In this document: positions 8,239 to 16,575 of the stretch, in pieces
Layout of the letters: each line of letters begins with the position of its first letter
How positions within the stretch are numbered: position 1 is the first letter of the stretch
From: Promethearchaeum syntrophicum
Lineage (GTDB): Archaea; Asgardarchaeota; Lokiarchaeia; Sigyniarchaeales; Promethearchaeaceae
Direction of reading: 5' to 3'
Assembly (NCBI RefSeq): GCF_008000775.2
Contig: NZ_CP042905.2
Coordinates: 1,290,001 to 1,322,000 of the forward strand
Length of the DNA: 32,000 nt
Program-made: the position numbers and the translations under genes
Notes under the pieces: generated by a model
Databases searched by the model: none
Seen by the model: the letters and a program-made list of their open reading frames with translations, nothing else
What the model was told of the DNA's origin: nothing

Positions 8239-8661
8239 ATGGAAAAAATAAAAAAAATAGAAATTAAGCAAAAATTGAACGAACACAAACTGTGGCTTAA
8301 TGGAGAGGCTTCCTCCGGAAAACAAGCTGATTTTTCTGGACTGATGATTAAAATTGCTAATTTTCGAGAAGCTCAATTATCTAAGGCTAATTTCTCAGAT
8401 TCAATCCTAAAAATTGTTGAATTTGTAAAGGCTGATATGCAAAACGCGAATTTTCAAAATACTGAACTTATAAAAGTGGATTTTCATGATGCTAATATGA
8501 ATGGTGTAAATTTCAAAGGAACCAAGTTTCGGAAAGTACATATTAATGAAGAAGATTTCAATAAAATGCAGGATGAATTAACAGAAGATCAAAAACGGGG
8601 CATTATCACCTCATATAAGAAATTTATGCGAAAAATGATTTTTAAAAAAAAAATTCAATAA
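8239..8661 (+). CDS. Pentapeptide-repeat protein
   Basis: LNEHKLWLNGEASSGKQADFSGL, followed by tandem A(D/N)LxX-type pentapeptides (ANFREAQLSKANFSDSILKIVEFVKADMQNANFQNTELIKVDFHDANMNGVNFKGTKF). Confidence 0.85.
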   Translation: MEKIKKIEIKQKLNEHKLWLNGEASSGKQADFSGLMIKIANFREAQLSKANFSDSILKIVEFVKADMQNANFQNTELIKVDFHDANMNGVNFKGTKFRKVHINEEDFNKMQDELTEDQKRGIITSYKKFMRKMIFKKKIQ

Positions 8662-8802
8662 TTACATCCAGTGGATATAAACTGTATTTGTGAATTTTTC
8701 CTATTAAATCTGAATTTAGATTTTCTATTTTTTTTTCAATTTCTTTTCTTGTCCAAATTAAATAGAATAATTAAAATTTTGATGAATATTAATTTTATAA
8801 TA

Positions 8803-9261
8803 ATGCCTCGTGCTCATTCAGAAAAAAATGAACCTAATCAAAAAGAAATACTGGGGAAAATTGCCCAGATCAAGGAGATGAATAGTAATTTCCTAAATCT
8901 TATTGGGAAACTTGAATACATTCCCAGAGATAAATTGGTCGAATTGGATTATTTAAAAAAATGTGAGAAGCATGCACCGTGGTTAGAGAAATCATTAAAA
9001 CTTAAGAATAAAAATGGAGAAATTATTGAAGAAAATGAAATGGAGGATATTTTATCCGATAGGCAAAATCTATTAAAAAAACTGTTAGTAAATATAGAAT
9101 CTTCTCCTAAGAAGCGAAACCAATTCATTAAACAGTTTTTAGAGCAAAATTCTTTAATAGAAAAAGCAGATAGAGAAATACTGATCAAAAGCTATGAAAG
9201 TCTTTCCAGTGAAAAGCTAGAAAAGGAGCTTAATAACATTTTAGAAATTTTTGGAAAGTGA
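8803..9261 (+). CDS. Hypothetical alpha-helical protein (152 aa from the ATG at 8803)
   Basis: The track ORF begins at GTG 8671, but its first 44 codons are F/L/I/N-rich like AT-rich spacer. The charged helical protein MPRAHSEKNEP... starts at ATG 8803. Confidence 0.5.
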   Translation: MPRAHSEKNEPNQKEILGKIAQIKEMNSNFLNLIGKLEYIPRDKLVELDYLKKCEKHAPWLEKSLKLKNKNGEIIEENEMEDILSDRQNLLKKLLVNIESSPKKRNQFIKQFLEQNSLIEKADREILIKSYESLSSEKLEKELNNILEIFGK

Positions 9262-9297
9262 GATTACTTAAAGAAGTGAAATTGAAGAAATTGAGGA

Positions 9298-10371
9298 ATG
9301 TTCATGGACATAGGTAAAGCAATTGCTGAATTAAAAAAATTTATTGGCATTTTAGAGAAAAACTCTACATCCTCTTCATCTTCTTCAAAATTCATATTCC
9401 ATCGTTACCTTGGAGGGAATTTAGACTCAATAGACTCGAAAATAGGAGAGATATTCTTTATTTTACAATCTTCGATAACAATGTCTAAAGAAGGACTGAC
9501 TTCTACGGAAGTAAATAAAATTATAGACCATAAAATTCATTCTAATTCATTTTTACTACCCTCAGATTCAGAATTTACTCCAATTCTAAATTATTTTTTT
9601 AGAAATCGAGATGAATTTACTAAAGAACAAAATGAAATAATCTCATTTTTGCATGAAAAAATACAAAATCTTCAAAATTCTATCTGGATTGAAAATAGCA
9701 ACGTTTTTTCTTTTGGAAATAGGAATTCAATTCAACCTGATTGTACAATCAATTTTATGGAAAAAAATGATAATTTAGCGTTTATTTTCCAAATAAACAA
9801 TCTCAATTTACTATTCAATGAATCCAAAGAGATTAGTATTCTAAATAAAAAAATATCTCTTTTAAATAAAAAAATTGAGAGAAATCATCGAAAAGAAAAT
9901 GTTGAAAAAACATTTGAAGACAAGCAAGAATCCTACGAAAAAACTATCCAAAAATTAAACAATGATTTAATTTCTACAAAAAATGAATTCAAATCGAAAA
10001 TTGCTCAATTGTATCAAAATTTACAACGTATAGAATCTGAAAACGCAGAATCTATTTCAGAAAATAAGCAATTAAAACTTGAAAATCAAAATTTTCGGGA
10101 ATCAATTCAAAAATTAGAGGAAGAGTGTCAAAATTTAAAAGACGAAAAAGACGTTTTTAATGAAGAAAACGAGATGCTAAGAGAAAATATCGAAGAAAGT
10201 AACCTTAAGATTTCGGATTTATCGGAAGAAATAAAAAATCTTGAAATCTTAAATTCTGAACTCAAAAGTTCTAATACTGAACTTTCTGATAAAAATGAAG
10301 CACTTGAAGTTAAAATTAAAAAGAAAATCTTGAAGATCAAGGAAATCTTAAATGAATGGACGAGTAACTAG
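9298..10371 (+). CDS. Globular-head plus long C-terminal coiled-coil protein (paralogue A)
   Basis: The N-terminal ~185 aa are globular. Residues ~185-357 are continuous heptad-like E/K/N/L-rich sequence (KLENQNFRESIQKLEEECQNLKDEKDVFNEENEMLRENIEE...). TGAGGA abuts ATG 9298, so ATG 9304 has better Shine-Dalgarno spacing and is an alternative start. Confidence 0.7.
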   Translation: MFMDIGKAIAELKKFIGILEKNSTSSSSSSKFIFHRYLGGNLDSIDSKIGEIFFILQSSITMSKEGLTSTEVNKIIDHKIHSNSFLLPSDSEFTPILNYFFRNRDEFTKEQNEIISFLHEKIQNLQNSIWIENSNVFSFGNRNSIQPDCTINFMEKNDNLAFIFQINNLNLLFNESKEISILNKKISLLNKKIERNHRKENVEKTFEDKQESYEKTIQKLNNDLISTKNEFKSKIAQLYQNLQRIESENAESISENKQLKLENQNFRESIQKLEEECQNLKDEKDVFNEENEMLRENIEESNLKISDLSEEIKNLEILNSELKSSNTELSDKNEALEVKIKKKILKIKEILNEWTSN

Positions 10372-10382
10372 AGGTTATTAAT

Positions 10383-11798
10383 ATGACGCGTGAAGCAATC
10401 AATAAATTATATGATATTTATCAAAAAATTAATAGTTTTAAAAAAATCACTCCGGGATTTGGATTCTTTTTCAAACGTTATGAAATCAAAGGTAAGAATT
10501 CATTCTTACTTGTTGTTATGGAACCCCCTCATTATCGCACAAAAGGTAAACTCAAAGATTTTGAAAAAGTTATAAATAAAAGTCTTTCTCGTAATAAATT
10601 AATTTTACCGAAAGATTTCCCTTATCTTTACAATTATCTATTAACAGAATTCAATCAATATATTACACCTAGAGATGAAATTCTTAACAAAATAAAACGT
10701 ATAATTGCCAGTTTAAGATTAAACTTTTTTGAAGATACTAATATGAAATATTCCTTTATTTCTAGCATGTTCCCCGAGATTATTGTTTTTGATACGGTTA
10801 GTCAAAAAGGCCAATTTGCTATATATTTTAATATAGTAAATTTAGTTGAAGATGGTTTAATTTTAGCACATGAAAGGCAATTAAATTTTCTATACGAACA
10901 AATAGAAAGGGGAGTAAATCCAACAAGTATAGTTGATACAGATCTACCAGATTTACGTAGTGGAAATACAGCATTTTCATTCTCAAGAAATAAAAATAGA
11001 CAAAAATCCAGAGAAAAAAGGGGGGCTGTTAAAAAATTCCGACAAGTTGTTAATAAAAAGGTATCTAAAGAAGAAATTGAGACAGAACTTGATTACGAAA
11101 CAGTCATAGATTTCAATCCGAGTCAAAAAACAAAGAAAAATATTGGAAATGAAAAGAAATTAGTTAGAAAAGGATTATTTGGTCAACCTTTACCTGCTAG
11201 TTTGAAAAATAGTGAAAAAACCATACCACAATCTAAATCGGAACCTGTAACTGATCCTATACCTCCTATCGATTCTTCCGCACCCGATTTTAATGATCAA
11301 ACAATTATTACCAAGCAATCCAACCTTGCGGTACTTGAAGAGCTTGAGAAAAAAATTGATATTTTAGAGAAAGAAAATATTGATTTAGATGAGATTAAAG
11401 ATAAAAATGACCTTCTTGTTAACCAAATTACTCAAATTACAGATGAATTGACCACAAAACTCCAAGAAAAAGATAACCAATTAAAAGAAATAAAAATTCA
11501 GTTAGAGAAAGAACAGAATATTAGGAAAAACCTAGAAATTGAAATTCAGAGAATAGAACAAGAAAAAAATGTTGCTTTTGATGCAATAGAGGAGCAAGTT
11601 CAAGATTTAGTTGATGAAAACGCCTCCTTATTAAAATCTATTGAAAAAAATGAATTAACTCGAAAAGAATTGGAATTGATTATAGAAGAGATAAAAAATG
11701 CAAGAATTAAAGATGAAGAAATAAACAATGAAATTATTACTACATTGAAAGAAGAAATTCAAATTTTAAATAAAAAGATTAATAATGAAAGAGAGTAA
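10383..11798 (+). CDS. Globular-head plus basic/Pro-rich linker plus C-terminal coiled-coil protein (paralogue B)
   Basis: GAGGT Shine-Dalgarno-like motif 7 nt upstream of the ATG. The head aligns with paralogue A (FFFKRY/FIFHRY; LILPKDFPYLYNYLL/FLLPSDSEFTPILNYFF; FAIYFNIVNLV/LAFIFQINNLN). C-terminal ~160-aa coiled coil. Confidence 0.7.
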   Translation: MTREAINKLYDIYQKINSFKKITPGFGFFFKRYEIKGKNSFLLVVMEPPHYRTKGKLKDFEKVINKSLSRNKLILPKDFPYLYNYLLTEFNQYITPRDEILNKIKRIIASLRLNFFEDTNMKYSFISSMFPEIIVFDTVSQKGQFAIYFNIVNLVEDGLILAHERQLNFLYEQIERGVNPTSIVDTDLPDLRSGNTAFSFSRNKNRQKSREKRGAVKKFRQVVNKKVSKEEIETELDYETVIDFNPSQKTKKNIGNEKKLVRKGLFGQPLPASLKNSEKTIPQSKSEPVTDPIPPIDSSAPDFNDQTIITKQSNLAVLEELEKKIDILEKENIDLDEIKDKNDLLVNQITQITDELTTKLQEKDNQLKEIKIQLEKEQNIRKNLEIEIQRIEQEKNVAFDAIEEQVQDLVDENASLLKSIEKNELTRKELELIIEEIKNARIKDEEINNEIITTLKEEIQILNKKINNERE

Positions 11799-11807
11799 TG
11801 CATCCGC

Positions 11808-12521
11808 CTATAAATCTAAAATATCCAGATCTTTTTCTTCTTTCATCCCATTTTCTCCCAGAACGCCATTATCCTTAAGAGTAATTGCAAGTTTTTTTAC
11901 TGATTTTTTTATTATATCTTCGTTATTAGACCCAGTCACAATTATTCTCCCTGAGCTAAAAATTAAAAAACATATTTTTGGATCTGCAATCTTATAAATT
12001 AAACCTGGAAATACTTCAGGTTCATAGATGGCTGAGTCAAGAATCAATGATGTGATGTCTAAATTTATCGATTGGTGAAAATCTCCACGAACAACGATAT
12101 TTTCAATTTTAACAATAGGTTCTTCTTCAATTTTAATTCCGGCTTTCTCAATTCTGCCAACAATTTTGGAAACCACTATGGGAATATCTCTAGGCAATCT
12201 TACACCTGTACATACTAGCTTACCTGATGCAAAAATTAAGATTGTAGCTTTAGGTATATTAATTTTAGCAACTAGACCAGGGAAATTATTTTTTTTTTCA
12301 ATATCTTTGTATTTTTCTAGTATTTTTTCAAGAGAAAGTTCAATGCCTAAATTGATAGAGGCAACAACATTCTCAATTCGAAGAGAAACTTTGTTTTTCT
12401 TTGAAATTGAGCTTGTTTTTTGATCTTGAATGGATGTTTTTCCCAATAAATTCTCCCCTAAAATGGAAGTTTTTTTGAACGAATAAGGATTTGGGTTGAG
12501 AAAAATTGGAACTAGACACAT
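11808..12521 (-). CDS. tbp: TATA-box-binding protein (canonical archaeal TBP core, ~55-aa N-terminal extension, acidic tail)
   Basis: LRIENVVASINLG..., FPGLVAKINIPKATILIFASGKLVCTG, IENIVVRGDF..., YEPEVFPGLIYKIADPKICFLIFSSGRIIVTG. Tail EEKDLDILDL. The N-terminal start is uncertain; an internal TTG is possible. Confidence 0.9.
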   Translation of the reverse strand: MCLVPIFLNPNPYSFKKTSILGENLLGKTSIQDQKTSSISKKNKVSLRIENVVASINLGIELSLEKILEKYKDIEKKNNFPGLVAKINIPKATILIFASGKLVCTGVRLPRDIPIVVSKIVGRIEKAGIKIEEEPIVKIENIVVRGDFHQSINLDITSLILDSAIYEPEVFPGLIYKIADPKICFLIFSSGRIIVTGSNNEDIIKKSVKKLAITLKDNGVLGENGMKEEKDLDILDL

Positions 12522-12587
12522 CTGTTAAATATATGATTTTAAAATTAGAATCATAATTAATCAATTTTTTATTGAGAATCATTTGAA

Positions 12588-13121
12588 TTATTTTTCATCA
12601 ATTTCATTAATCAAAAAATCTGCAATATAGTTGAATATAGAATCAATATTTTCCCCCGATTTGGCTGAACTATAAAAAATTTTTGTATTTTTATAAATTT
12701 TCTCCAAATCTTCAATAGATTTTTGTAAATCTTTTAAATCTATAAGGTCAGACTTGTTTACTACGATAATATAAGGGCAATTTGGAGGGCTGTTTGCTTT
12801 AACATCTGTAATCCATGGTTCAATAAAATTTTTTGGCTCTAATCGATTTACATCTACAACAATAATTACCAGGTTAGCATGTTGGAGATAATGACTGCGT
12901 ATCTTCTCAAAATTTCTTTGTGAGGCAATATCCCAAACAACAAGGCCTAAATTTATCTCTTTATTATTTTGGAGGGATTTTTTCTCAATTTCATAAAAAT
13001 CACAGCCTAAGGTCATCAAATAACTATTGGAGAATGTTCCTTGAGTATACCTAATTATAATTGATGTTTTTCCAACACCATCGGAACCAATTAAACAAAT
13101 TTTTTTTTTCCAAGTTTCCAT
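12588..13121 (-). CDS. Rab/Ras-like small GTPase (177 aa, no C-terminal Cys lipidation motif)
   Basis: G1 GSDGVGKT. Switch I TLGCDF (Rab-like TIGxDF). G3 WDIASQ. G4 NKSD. G5 SAK. Confidence 0.9.
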   Translation of the reverse strand: METWKKKICLIGSDGVGKTSIIIRYTQGTFSNSYLMTLGCDFYEIEKKSLQNNKEINLGLVVWDIASQRNFEKIRSHYLQHANLVIIVVDVNRLEPKNFIEPWITDVKANSPPNCPYIIVVNKSDLIDLKDLQKSIEDLEKIYKNTKIFYSSAKSGENIDSIFNYIADFLINEIDEK

Positions 13122-13149
13122 TAAAAATTAACCATTTTTTTCTTTTTTT

Positions 13150-14643
13150 TTATACTATCGGAATCAAACTAATCTGCGGATAACCCAAAGAGAAATCGTT
13201 TTCCATATAATATAACTGTGTTCGGGGTTTTATTCCATATATAAAAATTGCACCGTTTTGTTCGAGAATCTTTAAATGGGTATCCGCCACATAAGATAAA
13301 TCATTTGTAAGTGTACCTAAAGGAGATGATGCATTGATTGCTGAACGTGTTGAATTTATTATGCCTAACTCTATTACATTACTATTTCTGATTTTCGTAA
13401 TATGTTCGTCGAATTTACTGATTGCTTTATTAAAATCTACCATAAAAGTTAAAGTATTATATGAAACTGCGGCAAAAACTGGTTGAAATTTCGTAATACT
13501 TGATAATTTTGCATACGTATCAAAAAAGATTTCGTTAAAATTCTCTTTGTCAATTTGTGTTATATATGGTCTTATTTCATTTCGATCTGATAATTTTTCC
13601 ATCAAAATTCGCATGTTTTTGCTTATCGCATCAGTTTTTAGATGTAAAAATAATCTTTTCTTATCAATCAATTCAGAATTTATACCGTCTGTTGTATGGA
13701 CAATTATACCTCGATTTTGCTGAATATAATTACATATCATCGCAATTACTATTGGAGAATATGATGTAATAGGTACATTAGATTCTATTTCTAAGAGATT
13801 AAATGTCCCTTGTTTAAGACCTCCATGATAAAGGCGATCTAAAGATTTATTTCCTGTTGAAAACAGATCATCTGTATCGGAAGTTGTATTCCAAGGAAGA
13901 ATTTCAGTGGGTTTAATATCTTGGAATGGTTTTAAATATTGAAATTTATTATTAAAGAGAGTAAAAACATATTTTTTTTGATTTCTCTCAATTGCTCGAA
14001 TTTTATTAACTTCAATGGTGCGAATAGTTCTTCCATCTACTGAATCATCACGAAGAGTAAAAATACCATCTACAATATAATCCAAAAATCCAATTTCATC
14101 AGATTCCGCGATTAATATCAGTTTGGCATTTGTTTGTCTAACGAATTCTGAAAAGAGAGTCTCAATATTTTCCTTATTTTCACCTTCTTGACCCATAATA
14201 GCATCCCATGAATCTATAACAATAATTGGATGTTCATATTGTGCAATTTTCTCATAGACTATTTTTAAAAATTCTGGAATAGAAGAAAAACGAATTGTTC
14301 TCATTAGATGGGCTTTCATTAGTGTTCCATCGGGATCTTGTCGATTGGCAGGAGGAATATATGTTCTTGTTGCATCAATAATGTTTTCAGTTTTTAACCG
14401 TTTTTTCAACCAAGGAAATTGAGAAAAAAGACTTAGGGGAGCTACTCTCGTGGATAAATAAATTGGCTCGAAATCCTTGAAAACATCAAGTAGAGTTAAA
14501 GCAAAGGTTGTTTTCCCTGCTCCCGCTTTCCCTTTAAGAAGGATATTATAGCCCGTATCTTTTAATTCGAAGGCATCCATGATTTCGGGAGGAATTATAT
14601 TTTTTCGATAAATCTTCGCACCCTTACTTTTTTTTGCATTCAT
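13150..14643 (-). CDS. Two-domain KaiC/GvpD/RAD55-family RecA-like ATPase (second domain lacks a P-loop)
   Basis: Domain 1 has Walker A GKAGAGKTT and Walker B-like IIVIDSWDAI. Domain 2 starts with STGNKSLDRLYHGGLKQGTFNLLEIESNVPITSYSP, which keeps the KaiC-like lead-in but has no GxxxxGK[ST]. Only 28 nt separate it from the GTPase gene, with no oligo-T. Confidence 0.75.
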   Translation of the reverse strand: MNAKKSKGAKIYRKNIIPPEIMDAFELKDTGYNILLKGKAGAGKTTFALTLLDVFKDFEPIYLSTRVAPLSLFSQFPWLKKRLKTENIIDATRTYIPPANRQDPDGTLMKAHLMRTIRFSSIPEFLKIVYEKIAQYEHPIIVIDSWDAIMGQEGENKENIETLFSEFVRQTNAKLILIAESDEIGFLDYIVDGIFTLRDDSVDGRTIRTIEVNKIRAIERNQKKYVFTLFNNKFQYLKPFQDIKPTEILPWNTTSDTDDLFSTGNKSLDRLYHGGLKQGTFNLLEIESNVPITSYSPIVIAMICNYIQQNRGIIVHTTDGINSELIDKKRLFLHLKTDAISKNMRILMEKLSDRNEIRPYITQIDKENFNEIFFDTYAKLSSITKFQPVFAAVSYNTLTFMVDFNKAISKFDEHITKIRNSNVIELGIINSTRSAINASSPLGTLTNDLSYVADTHLKILEQNGAIFIYGIKPRTQLYYMENDFSLGYPQISLIPIV

Positions 14644-14972
14644 ATATTACAAATTATAATTTTTATTGTGTTAAAAATCTTCAACATTAATTTTAAGTAA
14701 AAAATTATTGAAAATATCTATTTTTTTCTGGTTATTTTAATTCTTATAAGCGTTCATTTGCGAATTATCAAAATTTTTTCTAAGAATATCGATTTAGTTT
14801 GGCTATTTTTGATCAATTAATCTTATTAAATTCATAGAAACCACTTTCTAAGGATTTTAATTAGAAGTTTTTTCTTTCATTTTTGTAATCGCGATTAATT
14901 ATTCACTTTATTTTGAAATTACTGTTTAATCTTGTTGTAAAAAAATTAATAAAATGCACAATTTACAAATTT

Positions 14973-16442
14973 ATGTCCAATGATAAAATCGAAGAAGATA
15001 TGGAATTCGATTTAACACCAATTTTTAGACCGGAATCCGCAGTAGTTGTTGGTTTGTCTCAGAAAAACCCCTTTCACCCTGGAAATGCAATGTTTACAAA
15101 GAATCTCATGGAAATGGAAGTGAAAACATATGGTGTAGCCCCAAAATACAAAACCATAGAGGGACATAAGATTTACAATTCAATTAATAGTTTGCCACAA
15201 ATTCCTGATTTGGCAATTCTAGCAGTAAGTTCAAGACATACACTGCCTGTGATAAAAGAAGCTGCTGAATTTGGGATTAAAGGAGCAATTATTGTTGGGG
15301 GAGGGTTTGCAGAGACGGGTAAAGAAGGAAAAAAAATTCAAGATGAAATTGTAAAAATTTGTAGGGATAATAATATGCCTTTTATCGGTCCTAATTGCGT
15401 GGGTGTATATTCTCCTCCTGTTTTAGATACGCTATTTCTTCCTTCTGAAAGAATGACTAAACCAAAATCTGGGAATGTTGCCGTTATTTCTCAATCAGGT
15501 GGTGTGCTTGTTGATCAATTTTTCATAAATTTTGCAAAACGGGAAATTGGAATTAGCACTGCTGTTTCTGTTGGAAATAAAGCTATGATAAACGAAACCC
15601 ATTTGATTAAATATTTTGAAAAAGATCCAAAAACCGATGTTATTGCTTTATATTTAGAAGGATTTAATCATGGGGATGGAAGAAATTTCTGCATTAATGC
15701 AAGAAAAAGTAAAAAAGATATCGTTGTTTTTAGCGGAGGTAGAACATCTGCGGGAAAATCTGCAGCAGGTAGCCATACTGGGGCATTAGCGGCCGATAAT
15801 TCAATTATGTCTGGAGCTTTTAAACAATATTCAGTAATCAATCCTGAAACGGAAAATGAATTAAGAAATACGTTGAAAGTTTATTCTATGTTAGCAAATC
15901 CTTTTAGAAATTATTCAACAATGTCTATTCACGGAGATAAAATTGCAATATTAAGTGTATCGGGCGGTCATGGAGTTTTATGCTCAGATCTTCTTGAGAA
16001 ATACGATCTATCACTCACAAAATTCACCGAAAAACAAAAAGACGATATTGGATTCCTACTTAACCCCACTGCTTCAAAAATTGCTGGTCTTAATAATCCT
16101 ATTGATATTACAGGTTCTGGTGGAAACGAAGATATTGTGAATATTTTAGAATATTTATTGAACCAAAATAATATCGAAATGGTTCTTATTTTAATCGTAC
16201 CACAAGTGCCTCAGTTACTGATGACATTGGGCCGAGATATCGTTAATTTAGGTAACAAATACAAGAAACCAATTGTCGGATATGTTCCTTGGACTGAAAA
16301 ATTTGGTTTAATCAGAGAAGCTTTAGAGTTAAATCATATCCCATGTGGAAATACTATTGAAGAAGCAGTACAGATGGCAGCAGCAATTAAACTGAAAGGC
16401 GAAGGTGGAATTAGGAAGAAATTTTCGCATAATTCTTTATGA
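14973..16442 (+). CDS. ADP-forming acetyl/acyl-CoA synthetase, alpha subunit (CoA-binding / succinyl-CoA-synthetase-like)
   Basis: PESAVVVGLS..., GAIIVGGGFAETG, FIGPNCVGV, and the phosphohistidine loop GSHTGALA. The track start (14913) is TTG; the first ATG (MSNDKIEE...) is at 14973. No ATP-grasp beta subunit is adjacent. Confidence 0.85.
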   Translation: MSNDKIEEDMEFDLTPIFRPESAVVVGLSQKNPFHPGNAMFTKNLMEMEVKTYGVAPKYKTIEGHKIYNSINSLPQIPDLAILAVSSRHTLPVIKEAAEFGIKGAIIVGGGFAETGKEGKKIQDEIVKICRDNNMPFIGPNCVGVYSPPVLDTLFLPSERMTKPKSGNVAVISQSGGVLVDQFFINFAKREIGISTAVSVGNKAMINETHLIKYFEKDPKTDVIALYLEGFNHGDGRNFCINARKSKKDIVVFSGGRTSAGKSAAGSHTGALAADNSIMSGAFKQYSVINPETENELRNTLKVYSMLANPFRNYSTMSIHGDKIAILSVSGGHGVLCSDLLEKYDLSLTKFTEKQKDDIGFLLNPTASKIAGLNNPIDITGSGGNEDIVNILEYLLNQNNIEMVLILIVPQVPQLLMTLGRDIVNLGNKYKKPIVGYVPWTEKFGLIREALELNHIPCGNTIEEAVQMAAAIKLKGEGGIRKKFSHNSL

Positions 16443-16575
16443 TTTATTTTATATTTTTTTAACAGCTTTTTATAAATTTCACGTTTCTTTAGTTTTTTAG
16501 TCAAAATTTCTTTAAGTAAAAACATTCATCTATTAAAATAGTGGGTTTTTAAAAAATTAGAGAACTTAGAGTAGA

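Noticed and set aside
7883-8376. Minus-strand ORFs 7883-8080 and 8182-8376 in and around the TBP / pentapeptide divergent intergenic region
   Set aside because: They are short, with low-complexity F/I/L/K/N-rich products. The second overlaps the pentapeptide-repeat gene start. They are more likely promoter or spacer DNA.
8671-8802. GTG-initiated N-terminal extension of the ORF at 8671-9261, which would add a hydrophobic 'signal-like' segment
   Set aside because: The 44 extra codons translate to F/L/I/N-rich sequence indistinguishable from translated AT-rich spacer. A proper ATG at 8803 begins the charged, helical protein. I cannot exclude the longer form without 5'-end data.
12522-12587. Treating KaiC-like, GTPase and TBP as one proven operon
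   Set aside because: The 66-nt spacer before the TBP ATG contains TTTTAAAA/ATATATTTA TATA-like strings that could drive an independent, leaderless TBP transcript. I report only the ATPase-GTPase coupling as likely and the TBP linkage as a hypothesis.
16334-16525. 63-aa minus-strand ORF overlapping the 3' end of the ACD-alpha gene
   Set aside because: It is half antisense to a well-supported gene and half in AT-rich spacer, with a Lys/Leu-rich low-complexity product.
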